From assembly GCA_033442325.1 (NCBI GenBank), contig JAWQFM010000002.1:564442-628268 (forward strand): DNA of 63,827 nucleotides, in the 5' to 3' direction. Both the position numbers and the translations under genes were made by a program. Under the pieces are notes generated by a model. That model saw nothing but the letters and a program-made list of their open reading frames with translations. It was not told the origin of the DNA and did no database searches. Shown one piece after another: positions 25,963-42,364 of the stretch (positions are counted from its first letter, which is position 1; each line of letters starts with the position of its first letter). The DNA is from Salpingoeca rosetta. Lineage: Eukaryota > Protista > Choanoflagellata.

Positions 25963-28556
25963 ATGGAGGTGTCTTCGGCCGTGGTTGGCACCGCTGCTAC
26001 AGTGGTGGCCTCTGTGCTTGCGGTGAACATCATCGGTGCCATAGCAGCTCACTACCCAAAGCACCCTTCTGGCCGGGTTGGCCCATCAGGTGTGCACGCG
26101 TGCATGTGTGCATGTGTGTGTGTGCGTATGTGTGTGTACATGTGTGCATGTGTGTGTGCATGTGTGTGCGATGGTGTGAACAGGCTGCTTGTCCTCTTGT
26201 CGATCCGTCTCTGTTGGGGTTCGTGCGATCTTGGTAATGTGTCAAAGGCGCGATCTCTCTGCATCTTCCTTCTTCCCGCCCTGTTTTCGCCTTCTTCCCA
26301 GCCTCCCTTCCTTCTTGCCCCCCCTCTCTGTCTCTCTGTGTGTGTCTCTGTCTCTCTGTCTCCGTCTCTGTCTCTGTCTCTGTCTGTCTCTGTCTCTTTC
26401 CATGCAGCCCAACTCGCTCACATCAATATCCTTATGCTTCCTCTCACCCCCCTCCATCCCCCTCCATCCTCTTCATTGTTTCCACCCAGGCGTGGTCCCA
26501 CAAACGGCGATTGCATCGCTTGCAAACGTCGCAACCACCATATTCGTGCCATGCCTCACCTTCTACAGCCTGGGCAGTCGGCTCTCCGCCGAGGTGTTCC
26601 AAGAAGCGTGGCCCCTCATCTTCTGGGCTCCATGTACGTTGCCACTGCAACACCAAGCGGCACACATGCGCGGCCGCTGTTCACCAATTGATAGTTCATC
26701 TTCGCGCCCCTTGCGGCTCCAGTGCGGTTGTGCACTTGTGTTCATGTCACACTTCATCGCGGCTCATCACCTCGCACACACACACACACACACATGCATC
26801 CATGTTTGTACTGGCAGTCAACATCCTTGCATCCGTCGCACTCGGATACTGTGCGATCCAAGTGGCCTGCGTTCCCCGACACTTTCGCAAAGAGTTCCTC
26901 ATTGGCTGCGGATTCGCCAACATTCTGGCAGTGCCACTCATCATGCTCGAGGTGTCACAGATTCCTCCCCCGTCTGCACGTTTCTGTCTCTGTCTCAATC
27001 TCCGTCTGTGCCACTGGCTTTGCCTGTGTGTCTCCTCTCTCCATGCCTCCATGTCTCCCTGCGCACACCGCTTACCAACAACGCACGCCGCTTACCAACA
27101 ACTTACACCACTTACAACGGCACGCCGACATTCATGTACGCACAGGTACTGTGCGACCAAGAACAGCTCGCTGAAGAGGACGAGTGCTTTGAGCGGGGCG
27201 CCACCTTCATCTTTATGTATGTGTTTGGTTGGTCGCTCTGCTTCTGGACCGTCGGCGTCGCCATCATTCGCGGCCTTGAGGTGCGCTTGGATAATGAATG
27301 ACCCGAGCAAGCATGCATGTGCCGTCGTGATGTGCCGTGCCCTGCCCTGCCAAGTACTTTTGGTTTCTGGTCCACAACGTGCGCATGCGTGCCTAGCCCA
27401 ATTCACTCATACATGCTGCCATGCGCACATTCACGCTTCATGCATTCCCCCTTCCGCGATACACACTCATGCACACACACGCACACACACACGCACACGC
27501 ACACACGCACATGCACAGGGCGGTGAGGGCCATGGTGTCGGCATCAGCTGGCGGCAGGCGCTGAGCGGACTGGTGAACCCGCCCATGCTCGGGTGTCTCT
27601 TCGGCGCAGTCGTGGGGCTGGTGGCGCCACTTCGACGCGTCATCTTCGACGATGGCGCACCGCTGCTCTTCATCTCGTCCGCTGCCAGCGCATACGGGTC
27701 GAGCGTTGTCGGCATGCTCACCATCGTCATGGCTGCCACGCTGGGCAAGTCTCTGTCGTCCCTCAACCCGCTCACGTGGTTCAAGAGCACACCAGCAGCG
27801 CCAAAGACAGGCGCAACTCACGCAGCAGCAGCGGCAGCAGCAGTCGGGGAGGAAGAACGCGATGGAACGCAAGAAGCGCTGGGGGAGAGCGCGGAGTCAC
27901 TGCAGTGGTTGGAGGCCATCCTCACGCCGAATCCAAGCAAGTCATCAATGTATGTGTTGGCCGAGAGCAACGGGTCCGAAGCAGCACAGCAGCAGGCAAA
28001 GCAACGAGAGGATGCAGTTGTGGTGGACATTGACGAAGCAATCGCAGCCGTGCGCGCACAGCAACACCGTGAGCAACAACAAGTCGACAAGCAGCAGCAG
28101 GTCCAGCAGTCCAAGGGGCTGCCCGCATCAGCAGCCGGCGGCACGACCGCTGTCGGCGATGGTGATGGTGACGAGGATGAGGAAGCGGCAACGAAGCGGT
28201 GGGATGTGCGCACGCTGGTGGCATTTGTGGTAGTGTCGATGTTTGTTGGGCCGGCGATCAAGTTTGGGATTGTGCTGCTGCTTGGGGAGAGCGTGTTTAC
28301 GGGGGCGAATGCGTCGCTGCTGCAGCTTGTGCTGTCGATCCAGTGTGTGACGCCGACGGCGAACCTTGTTGTTGTTGTGAACCAGCGGGAGGGGAATCGG
28401 CGGGTGGCTGAGCGGCTGTCGCGCGGGGTTGTCATGCAGTATGTCGCAGCCATCGTCACCTTGCTTGTCGTCACCACTCTCTCCATCAGCTCCTTCTACG
28501 GTGACACAGAGGCAGCGCCAACAGCAAACGCGACCACCACTGCCGCAACACCATGA
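25963..28556 (+). CDS. Auxin efflux carrier / PILS family transporter, copy B (tandem paralog), 5 exons
   Basis: Same intron positions as copy A. MEVSSAVVGTAATVVAS, IFVPCLTFYSLG, FANILAVPLI, VLCD...CFERG, VNPPMLGCLFG. Confidence 0.85.
28020..28459 (+). repeat. 440-bp direct repeat, copy 2 (coding)
   Basis: Matches 24300-24739 with one mismatch. Confidence 0.95.
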
Positions 28557-28791
28557 CGCACGAACGTCGCAGTTGGTTGCTGATGTTGCACACACACCGG
28601 CAGTGGACGCACCAGCTCATTCTCTCTGGCTCTGTTTGTTTCGTCTCCTTGTCTGTGTACCAGTCGTTTATTGTCAATCATGATGGCATTGCCACTGAAA
28701 CCTGCCCATATCACCCTCTAATTACTGTGTCCTCAACCCACCTACTCCTGTTTTTCCTCTCCCCCCACCCCTGTCATCGTCAGCGTTACCG

Positions 28792-30424
28792 CTACGCCTG
28801 AAGTGGCGAGACTGGTCGCTTCAACAGCTCTGCTCGCCCTGCGTAATCTCGCACTTCGCACAGCGCCACATTTGCTCCCAGCGTCACCAGCACATGGATC
28901 CAGATCTGCATGCGCGGTTGCGTGCGCGTGAGGTTATCGTGGTGTACGTGATGTTGGTTGACCGCTGTGAGTGCGTGCAAGTGGAGGCATGCCCGCGCAA
29001 GTGGAGGCGTGTCTCGTGGGCTTGTCGTTTGCGTGCATGCACGCATGCACGCGTGGTTTGTGCTTTGTTTGCTAGGATAGCCATGTTGGAAATAAACGCT
29101 CGACAGAACCAGTCAAGAATTGCGCCAATCTGGTGCAAGTCGACAACAACGCACCTTCTGCTTCTCTGCCAATGTGTCGTTTGGGCTCTTCACTTCAACA
29201 AACGTGGCCAGTCGCTCTGTATGCGCAGTGTGTGAGTCAAACGCAGATGCCCGTGTCAGAGGGTGCGTGAGCGTGAATGGCCTGCGGGAGTGTGTTGACG
29301 TCGTTGTATGGGAGGGAAGAACCGTTGACAGTGAACACATCACACGAATGACGACATCACAACCAGCGTGCGACACACACACACACACACACACACACAC
29401 AACACCAGCGCACCTCCTGTTGGTTGCTGCTTCCACAGCAGCAAATCCGGCAGCCCGCCTGTTTGGTGGAGAGAGAGAGAGAGAGAGCATGCGAGCGCGG
29501 AAACAACAAGCGATGATGTGACTCGAGTACATCATAATTGCATGCTGCTGCGTTGCATTTCGTTGCAGCTTAAACCAATGGGTTGCTGCATCGGGAGGAA
29601 AAAATGGGCAAGGTGGGGGTCGCTGTACCTGATCTGTGGCGATAGTCCTGGGCGAGAATGTCACACACACCAGCAATGACTTTGTTGCCTGTACAGAAGA
29701 ACAGCAGTGTCATGAAAATCGTGAGCAGGCGCGTTTGCTACAAGTGTTGATTCAAAGTCAAACAAAGACAAAGCACTTCAACAACGACACATTCACGCGT
29801 GTGCAATTACCTCGACCTGTATTGCACACACACACATACCAATGGCGGCTGTTGCCTCTGCCAATTCATCTCTTGAAAGCATGTTCCAGCTCAGGCCAGC
29901 TGCCATCACACCATGGTGCTCATCCCACGCCTGCAAGGAAACATGCCGTTCATCATCAGATCACGTGTGGCGACAGGCAGGGCATACATGCGAGCGTCTG
30001 AATATGTAATGCGTGAGTGCAGTGAGCAGTGGATCGCTTCTCTTTGTTGCCATGCGTGTGTGTTGTGCGAACAGACCTGCATAATCATGGAATGCAGATC
30101 ACCATCGTAAATGTCACCCAGGCGCTTCTTGATCAGCTCATATCGCCTGCAAGCACACGCATGCGACACGACTGGTGACGACGTGGACCAGGGCTCACAT
30201 GGCATCATTGCACATCACACAATATCACATCACTGCACATCATGCTCCACATGTTGCTTCATACGCATACACATCATGCTCCACAGGTCATCTCAGACAC
30301 ATGCACGCGCAATTGATGGCGCGATCAAGGCACTCACGCTGCGTAGAATGTGTCTGTGTGAAAGTCTGCTGGCGCCACCTGATATCGCGTTTGAAATGCG
30401 TGTGGAACGTCCCTGTGGTGTCCA

Positions 30425-30514
<90 letters not shown>

Positions 30515-32384
30515 TTTGGTGGGAGGAAACAGGCAGCGATGGGGCAGAGAGGGACTGAGTGCGGGTCGAGGAGAGGGGCGACGTGAGCGCGCAGGTCAGT
30601 GTAGCATGTGTGTCGAGTATGTACGTGTGTGCTGCGCGTGTGTGGGTTCAGACTCACGCAAACATGACGTCCCACATCAAGAGCGCAAATACGGTCCGAA
30701 AGAATTGGCCCTCACAGTGAATGCCCTTCCTGCAGCCAACGGAGCATGTGATGGACAAGTGTCACAAAGAATACGCAAATAGAACGCCAGTACGTATCCG
30801 CGCATCCGCGCGTTCTCGTACACGCACACACATGCACAAGCACACACAAGCACACATGCACGAAGCACACCAACACACACACACAGGCACACACACACAC
30901 ACGCACGAGCAAACGCACCAGTTGCGCTCGGCAAACTTGAGCAAGACAAAGTCCTCAACCGAGCAGAGGGTGTCGTTGTGGATGAACGTCATCTTCCTGC
31001 CTGGCTCACGATCAGACATGGCACGGCCGTACAGCACCAGCCGCTGACCCGCGTGCAGCTGTGCTGGTGGATGTGTCTCTGCGTGGCGGTGGAGGTGCGG
31101 ATGCTTTGACGAGCGGCACAGGCGGGCAGCGCGGCGAAGCAGCGACAGCTGGTGGTGGATGGGTTGGGAAATGGAAGGGTGGGGGAATTAGGCGAGGGGA
31201 GGAGAAAGGGAGGAAATGAGACAGAAGGCCATAGCAGGGCAGCAAACATGGGCGTGCACAAGCGAGCGCGTCGTGACTGCTGAAACAGTATGCACTCATC
31301 AGCAAAGCGAAACAACGTCATCACAAACACCGCGGCATGTTACGGTGCTGTCACCAACCTTGTGGCCGGTCCGGATGTGATGGTCACGAACGCCTTCGTC
31401 GCAGAGACGGAGCGATTCAGCCGCATCCCGCACGTGCTCGCTGTACGCGCGTGGACACGTGTCAAACAAGCAATGGTGACATCGCGTGTATGCGCGCGCG
31501 TGTGTGAATATACTCGTGAGCGTTCTTGCATTGCTGGTACACGGCCGGGTGCCCGCACATGTAAGTGGCAGCAAGAACAAGCTGTCAACGCGTTGACGGT
31601 AAATGCGTTTACGCTGTACAAACACGAACAACAAAAAACAAAAAACAAAATAAAGGTTGCCGCAGAGACGAACAGACATCACCAACCATCACCAGCCATC
31701 AGGATTGTACCTGTAGTGGAGGGCGATGCGATCGAACCAGCGGCCACGGCGGTCCAGACAAAACAGTTTCTGCTCAAGCAGCTCATGCAGCACCACAACT
31801 GGCGACGCAGCGTTGGCGATGGTGGATGGTGGGCGTCTTAGTGTTGTGCATGGGAGAGTTGCGCGTGTGTGCACATGTGTGCCTGGTATTGTGTTGCTGA
31901 GCCCACCGTTTTCACACACACACATGCACACGCACACACACGCATACACAAACATGCACAAGAACAAGCAGACAATGAACACACCTGCGGGTTCGTAGTC
32001 ATGGTTCCGCTCCAAAAGCTCTACGTAGTAGCAAACAATGCGCGTGTACACCCAAGCGGGTGTGAACTGAAGGCGAAACTGCTTCTCCTTCTCGCGTAGC
32101 GCCTGCTCTCTCAACAGCGCGCCCTGACTCAGCACAATCAAGTCCAGATCATCATCATCATCATCATCATCGTCGTCGTCAGTTGAAGCAGCAACCACAG
32201 TAGCAGCGTGACATCTGTTGGCACTCTCTGTGCTGTCGTTGTGTTTGTGTGTCTGTTGTTTCTTATTGTCATCTTGTAGTTGTTCGTCATCCTCCTCTTC
32301 ACCATCGCCGCCAACTTGACGTTCAACGATACCCTGACCACCACTGAAAAGCATCTGTGTCCTTGCGTACAGACTCCTGCCCTT

Positions 32385-32448
<64 letters not shown>

Positions 32449-35400
32449 GCGGCAGTATCGCAGCCAGGAATGTTGCCATCTCTCCCCATGCTCATGGCTG
32501 TGCGTGCTGGGGTTGTGGTTCGATCAAAGTCGGCCAGCGGGCAGGGATGGCAACTCAGGCCCTGATCGCCACCATCGTCACTGCTTTCGTTCAAGCAGGT
32601 AGCGGGGCGTTTTAACACACTGCCACCTTCCCGACCTCCGCAATCTGCTCGCGAGCCCGAAATATCATCACCAACACCGACACCACTGCCACGACCCCCG
32701 CCGCCGCAATCACCACACTGTGCGTTCTGCACAAGCTGCCTCCATATTGCATACGCGTGTTTGAGATCTGCTTCAACGTCGTCCATGCGACCGCTCATAA
32801 TGGCGTCCTCCAGCCGCTGTTCCGTGACGAGGGCACGCGTGTACTCCAACAACTGCCGACGCGATGAGAACACGGGCGTTGCACTCGCGCGCACGCGGTA
32901 CGAGGGGTATGTGAGCGCACCTTTCTCAGCAAGGTACACGGTCGCCAGCGTATTCTCCCGCAGTCCGGTTTTCATGAAGAAGAGGACTTCAAGCCGCGTG
33001 AAGAGCGCGCGCACGTCCGCATTTAACCGGACGCAATTTCCCATCAACGCCACCGCCGCCTTGCGCATGCGCGTGCTGCTATCCTTCGACAGAAGCGTGC
33101 GCTGCTGCTGGGCCGCCACCGTGAGCGCTCGCACGAGATCTTCGCGCGTTGTGCTGGAGGAGCGAACACGAAACTGACGCTGCAGCGTTCGCAGGCTTGG
33201 GGGAGAGAGCGCATGTAGGGCATCAGACAAGCTCGTGACGGCTGCCGGCGTGTGCGCAAGACCACACTCTACAAGATCCGACACAACAGGATTCAAGTCT
33301 TCCGCAATCTGCACATATGCATTTGTACACACCGTGTGTGTATGTGTGTTATCGTGTTCATGTGAGTGAGTGTGTGCCAGTGTGTCATGTGCGTGAGTGC
33401 GTGCGATTGTGTCGTATGTGTGTGTGCGATTGTGCGGGATTTCGTGTAAGGAGACGCGCAAATCCGCTACACACTCACACATTCACACACACACACACAC
33501 ACACACAAACAAACACAGACACACACAACACACGAGCATACGCCAAGCATACAAACCACACACACACACACATGAGCACACGCCAAGCATACAAACCACG
33601 CACACATGCGTACCTCTGGATATGAGAGGCGATCCACGCGGAGCCAGGCATGTCGGCGATTGTACAGACGCACAAACAGCTTCTGTGCTGGCATTGGCAG
33701 CGCGTTGAGGCATCGAAGCACAGCAACGTCGTGCGGGCACAGCAGGTGCCTGTTATGCGTCGCACTGGACACCTCGTCCACCATTAGCTTGAAGTGACGC
33801 AAGTAGTACGGCCCCTGTTGTGTACATGTGCGGGTGTAGTGTATATGTGTGTATATGTGTGTATATGGTGTGTGCGTGGTGTGCGTGTGTATGGTGTGCG
33901 TGTGTGTATGATGTGGTGAATGGCAGTTAGTGGTATTTGGTTTGGCGTGTGCCTCCACGCTGACGTGGGTGGGTGAGGTCTACTCTCCGCGTAGACATGA
34001 GTGTGCGTTCGAGCATGTGTGTGTTAGATGTGTGTGTGTGTGTGCGTGTGTTAGATGTGTGTGTGTGTGTGTGTTTGTGTGTGCAATATTACTTGCGTGC
34101 GTCTGTTTGTACCTGTGGACACTCGCGGCTCCAGTGATCCAAGGCACCGCAGGTGAAACATCGCTGGTGCTTTGCATCTTCACTCTCCGCTGCAGGTGCT
34201 TCAGTGTCCATGGATATCGAGGCAGACGCCGCGCGTGCCGATGTCACGTGCTGACGTGTCACTCCACTGGCACGCGGTCCTTGACCATCGTCAGTACAAG
34301 CGTGATGACCACCACCACTACCAAAACCATCATCATCATCATCATCACCATCATCATCACCACCATCATCATCATCAGCACAACAGTCATCATCATCGTC
34401 ATCAGTGCTGCTGTCGCTGTCAGCATCAAAGAGCGCAATGCCAGACTGCCGCCGCTTGGACTGCGCTGACTGCTTTCTTTCGCGCTGCTCAGCCGTGCTG
34501 TCGTTGACAACATCGTTGTGGTCTGAAGCGCAACCTTCATTGTCGCCGTTGTCTTTGTTGCCGTTGTTGTTCGGCTTGTTGCTCGAGAAGTGTCGGTTCT
34601 CCAGTGTCAGGTTGACCCACGATATGGAGGCGGTGTGGTGCTGGACAACAGCTTTGCTGGGCGCACTCTTGCTGCGTTGTGGTAGGCACTGGTCCAGGTG
34701 CGTGTTGATGACCGTTTCCGAGAGCTGTTGCTCGCAACACGGACATGTCACCATGCGCACTGTGTGGCTTGAAGACTTTTGCAGCAAGTGCATCACAGAC
34801 ACCTTTGCTTTCACGGCCGTTGTCTTCTTTGGTAGTGCGACTGGGGACGTTGCGCTCGCTTTCCGCCGCGGGGCAGCCGATGAACTGGCGGAAGACGATG
34901 TGCTCGACGACGATGTGGTTCGGGATGCTGACGCTCTTCGTTGCTGACTGAATCGATGACGGGAACGGGGTGGTGTTGTTTTTGTTGATGTTACTGTTTT
35001 TGTTGATGCTACTGTTGCTGTTGCTGATGGTGGTGGTGGTGGTGTTGATGGTGTTCCAGTCTTGTTTGCTGAGGGCAGCAGCTTCCTCAGTGTCTGCTTC
35101 AGTGAAGGTGACAGCGCACCGCCGCCACTTTTGCCTTCCTTGCTTGAACGAACTTTACCTTCGCCTTTCCTTGTGCTGGCTGATGCATCTGCATGCAACG
35201 TGTTTGTGTCCTCATTGGTGCGTCTCACACTTGCACTTGACGTCCGTTCGCTGCGAAGCGAGAGCAGCTTCGGTCGTTTTGTTACAGTACCGTCACGTGG
35301 TGCCCGCTGTCGTCCCACGTGCATTCCCTGCCGCTGCCGCCCTGCCTGCTGTTGTCCTTCTTGGACAGGAGGATCTCCACCTTGGTCTGCATCTTCCTCA

Positions 35401-35570
35401 CCCTCCTCCTCCTCCTCCTCATCACCCTCTTCCTCCCCCTCCTCCCCCTCATCATCATCATCATCATCATCCTCGTCCATGAGCACAATCACCTCCCCAT
35501 CATCGTCTTCATTGCCAACACCAACACCATCAACAGCAGCAGCCGTCATCGCCGTCCTCCTGCCTCGCAT
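28792..35570 (-). CDS. FAN1: Fanconi-associated nuclease 1 (UBZ, SAP/TPR region, VRR-NUC) with an extra CCHC zinc knuckle
   Basis: UBZ CPCCEQQLSETVINTHLDQC; PYYLRHF; AQKLFVRLYNRRHAWLR...YPEI; RRGRWFDRIAL; CSVEDFVL; GIHCEG...FALLMWDV; AFQTRYQVAPADF; VRR-NUC motifs SGLPDLLLW and FVEVKSPNDTLAEKQKIW. Confidence 0.95.
32385..32448 (-). repeat. (GAT)n coding repeat giving a poly-Asp run in FAN1
   Basis: tcatcatca... run inside the long FAN1 exon, in frame as DDDD. Confidence 0.9.
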
Positions 35571-35686
35571 CGGTTGCGGACAATCTACGAATGATTTCTG
35601 CTACTTTTCCGCCTTGGATGCAAAACTGCCAAATCCACAAACGAACGAAAACAAACAAGCAAAGGAGGAAGAAGAAGAAGGGACTG

Positions 35687-35693
35687 TGGCAAC
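35687..35693 (-). promoter_or_regulatory. Candidate RFX half-site (TGGCAAC = GTTGCCA on minus strand) ~95 bp upstream of the IFT57 ATG
   Basis: Perfect X-box half-site in the FAN1/IFT57 intergenic region; IFT genes are classical RFX targets. Short motif. Confidence 0.4.
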
Positions 35694-35788
35694 AGTTGAT
35701 GCAGTTGTTGTTGGCTGGCTGGATGGTAGCTTGAGCGATTGATGCACACCACCTCGCAACGAACGAACGAACAACACACGCAAGCAGC

Positions 35789-39418
<3,630 letters not shown>

Positions 39419-39941
39419 TGATGGTAGTGGCGGTGGTGGTGGTGATGGTGATGGTGTTCAATTGTTGCCAGCGACTAGAGAAGGAGAGGGCAAGCGGGCG
39501 GTGCGTTTATGCGAGTGTGCGTGGCTGATGACGAGGGGTGCCATTGGCACCCTTTGTTTCTGTCTGCCTCGGTTGGTGCAGTTTTTTTTTTCTTTCTTTC
39601 TTGCTGAACGTGGTGTGCACGTTCTGTTTTCGCGGTGTTGACCTTCAGAAACAGAGAGAATAAATACCAGATCTTCCACTCCATTGTCCACGCACACACA
39701 CATACACACACATACACATACTCATTGACACAAACACACACACATACTCATTCACACAAACACACACACACATACTCATTCACACACACACACACGGAGG
39801 GAAGCCAACGAACTGTCCTCGTTTATTTCAATTTGGTCCACCCGAACACACGCCAGCAAACAAGAGGCCAGGTGAGCAGGGTTCATGAAACAGGATAATA
39901 AATAAGGATCAAATACTCCGCTCATATTCACATATCACGTG

Positions 39942-40039
<98 letters not shown>

Positions 40040-40046
40040 CTCGATG

Positions 40047-42275
40047 CTAGGGGTTGTTGGTGGTGCTGGAGCGACAGGTGAAAATGTTTCCGAGGTGCAC
40101 AAGGTCGCCGTCACGGCGCAACAAGTGGTTGGCCACGTTCAGGCCGGTGAGCGTGAGCTTGTCCGGGCACTTCAGCCGCAGCAGTGTTGCTGCCTCCTTC
40201 AACGCCGCTCGCAGTTGATCCTCGTGCCCAAACTGCGCGTACACGCTGGCCTGCCCTTCCAGGTTTGCAAGGCGGAGCAGTGTGCGTCGATCCAGCACAC
40301 CAGGTCCACCACCTCCACCAAACATCAATGACAGCAACAACACAACCAACAGCACCACCACAACGGCGCACGCGATTTGGACAGCGCGGCTTGACAGCGC
40401 GTCCTCGTACAGCTGCTGCCACAGGTCTCGAACAGCCGCAACAACACCACCGCTTTCAGTCGCTGGCGTGGCCTTGGCTGTGGCAGGTGTCGATGCAGGT
40501 CCCGTGCTGGTGCCGTTGCCGTTGGCGTTCGCTGGCGTGTTGTCCTGACGTGGTGACGGCGACAGTGACGACGCTGTTGCTGCTGATGCTGTTCTTGCAG
40601 TGGCACGTGTACACGCGCCAGCTTGGCGAGATGGCATACGATGCGCTGGTGACGACGAGCGACGCCGACGAAACAGCTTCCGCCTCCGCCGTCGTGCCGG
40701 CTCTTGTAGTTGTTGTTGTTGTTGCTGTTGTTGCTGCTGTGGCTGCTGCTGCTGCTGTTGCCGTTGTCGTTGTCGTCGTCTCTGTTGGCGTGAGGGAGCC
40801 TGGGTGTCGGACACAGCATCGTGCGAAGCACTGTCCTCTCCACTCGCCGTGGCCGGCGTAGTTGGTGCCGTTGTTGGCGCTGTCGTGCTCTCGTGGCTGT
40901 CGCGTGGTAGCAGCGACCGGCGCCGCCGCCGTGGCGACTGCATGCTGCCAGGGCGCAGCAGATGTGTGTAGCTGCGTTGCCCCTCGACCGTAACGCCGTC
41001 CTCATCATCGCCGTCACCATCATCACCGTCATCATCGTCATCAGCTTCGTTGTCTGCCACACTCCCTCTGTTGTTGCCGTTGGTGGTACTGCCGCCTCCG
41101 TTGCTGCTGCTGTTGTTGCTGCTACTGCTGGCAGTGCTGTTGTTGCTGTTGTTGCTGCGTGCACTGTGCCGGCTCAAGCCAGTGCGAGACATGCTGCCAC
41201 GTGCAGTTGTCGCCACTTCATCGCCTCGCTGCTGCGCACCTTGTGGCCTGGCCTGTCCTTCTTCGGCTGCCTCGCCCTCACCGTGACCGTGAGCAGCAGC
41301 GTCATCACCTTGGTCACCATCGACCCCGCCCTTCCTGTCGACGTTGTCATCGGCGTTGGTGCTGCTGTCACTGGCGTTGGCACGCTCGGCCCATGCAAGC
41401 GACCACCCCGACACGCGGGAAATGCCGCTCCAGCTGGCGTTGAGAAAACCAGAGAACGAGTGCCGCGCATGCGACGCAAAGCAGGCGCCCGGAGTACCAT
41501 CATCATGGCTGTCCACGTTGCCGTGTCCCCTCATGGCGCCAACGTGTTCGTCATCGCCGCCCTTGTCAGCATCGTTGTCATCTTCGTCATCACCGTTGAT
41601 GTTGTCGGTGTCGTGAACAGGCTGGAATGCCGGCGACTGGGAGCGGCGCGACTGCTCTGCAGGCGACATACTGAGGGAGAGCGGGGAGGGCACACTTGGG
41701 CGTGATGGATGGTGCGTGCTCGGTGTTCGTTGCACAAGCATGTTGTTGGCTGGGTGTGGCCTACTGCTGCCGCCGTTGCTAGAGGTGCTGAGGTTTGGCA
41801 TCGACGCGGACGTCAGCTGCTCTCTGTCACGGCGCGCTGCCTGCGTCGTGTGCGATATCCACTTGGGCGACTTGAGCCGCCATCGACCGATGATGCCCTT
41901 GCCCTTTCGCCTCCTCCGGTGCTGCTCTTGCTGTTCCTCCTGTTCTTGTTCGAGGTTGTCTGGGCCTGAGCTTTGGCTCGGGTGGCGTTGACTGTGATAG
42001 GAAGGGTCTGCTGATGCCTGCAATGACGTCGTGCCAACGCCGACCTCTTCGTGATCCTCGACCCCACGGATATTGTCGTCGTGAGCATTGGTGGAGCGCG
42101 CGCCCATGCTGTCGGCGCGATGGGTGTTGTCGTCACAGTTGCTGTTGTGGGAGGGTGACTTGGATCTTGCGCCGCGACGGCCGCCGCGATGCAGCAAGTT
42201 CAGCGCACCCCATAGCCCGTGATGTTGCCGCCGTTGAGGGTGGTGCTGGTGCTGCTGATGGTGGTGAGCATCTCG

Positions 42276-42364
<89 letters not shown>

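Noticed and set aside
34113-34165. CCHC knuckle as evidence of a retrotransposon Gag
   Set aside because: No LTRs, protease, RT or integrase nearby; the motif is in frame within FAN1 exon 1.
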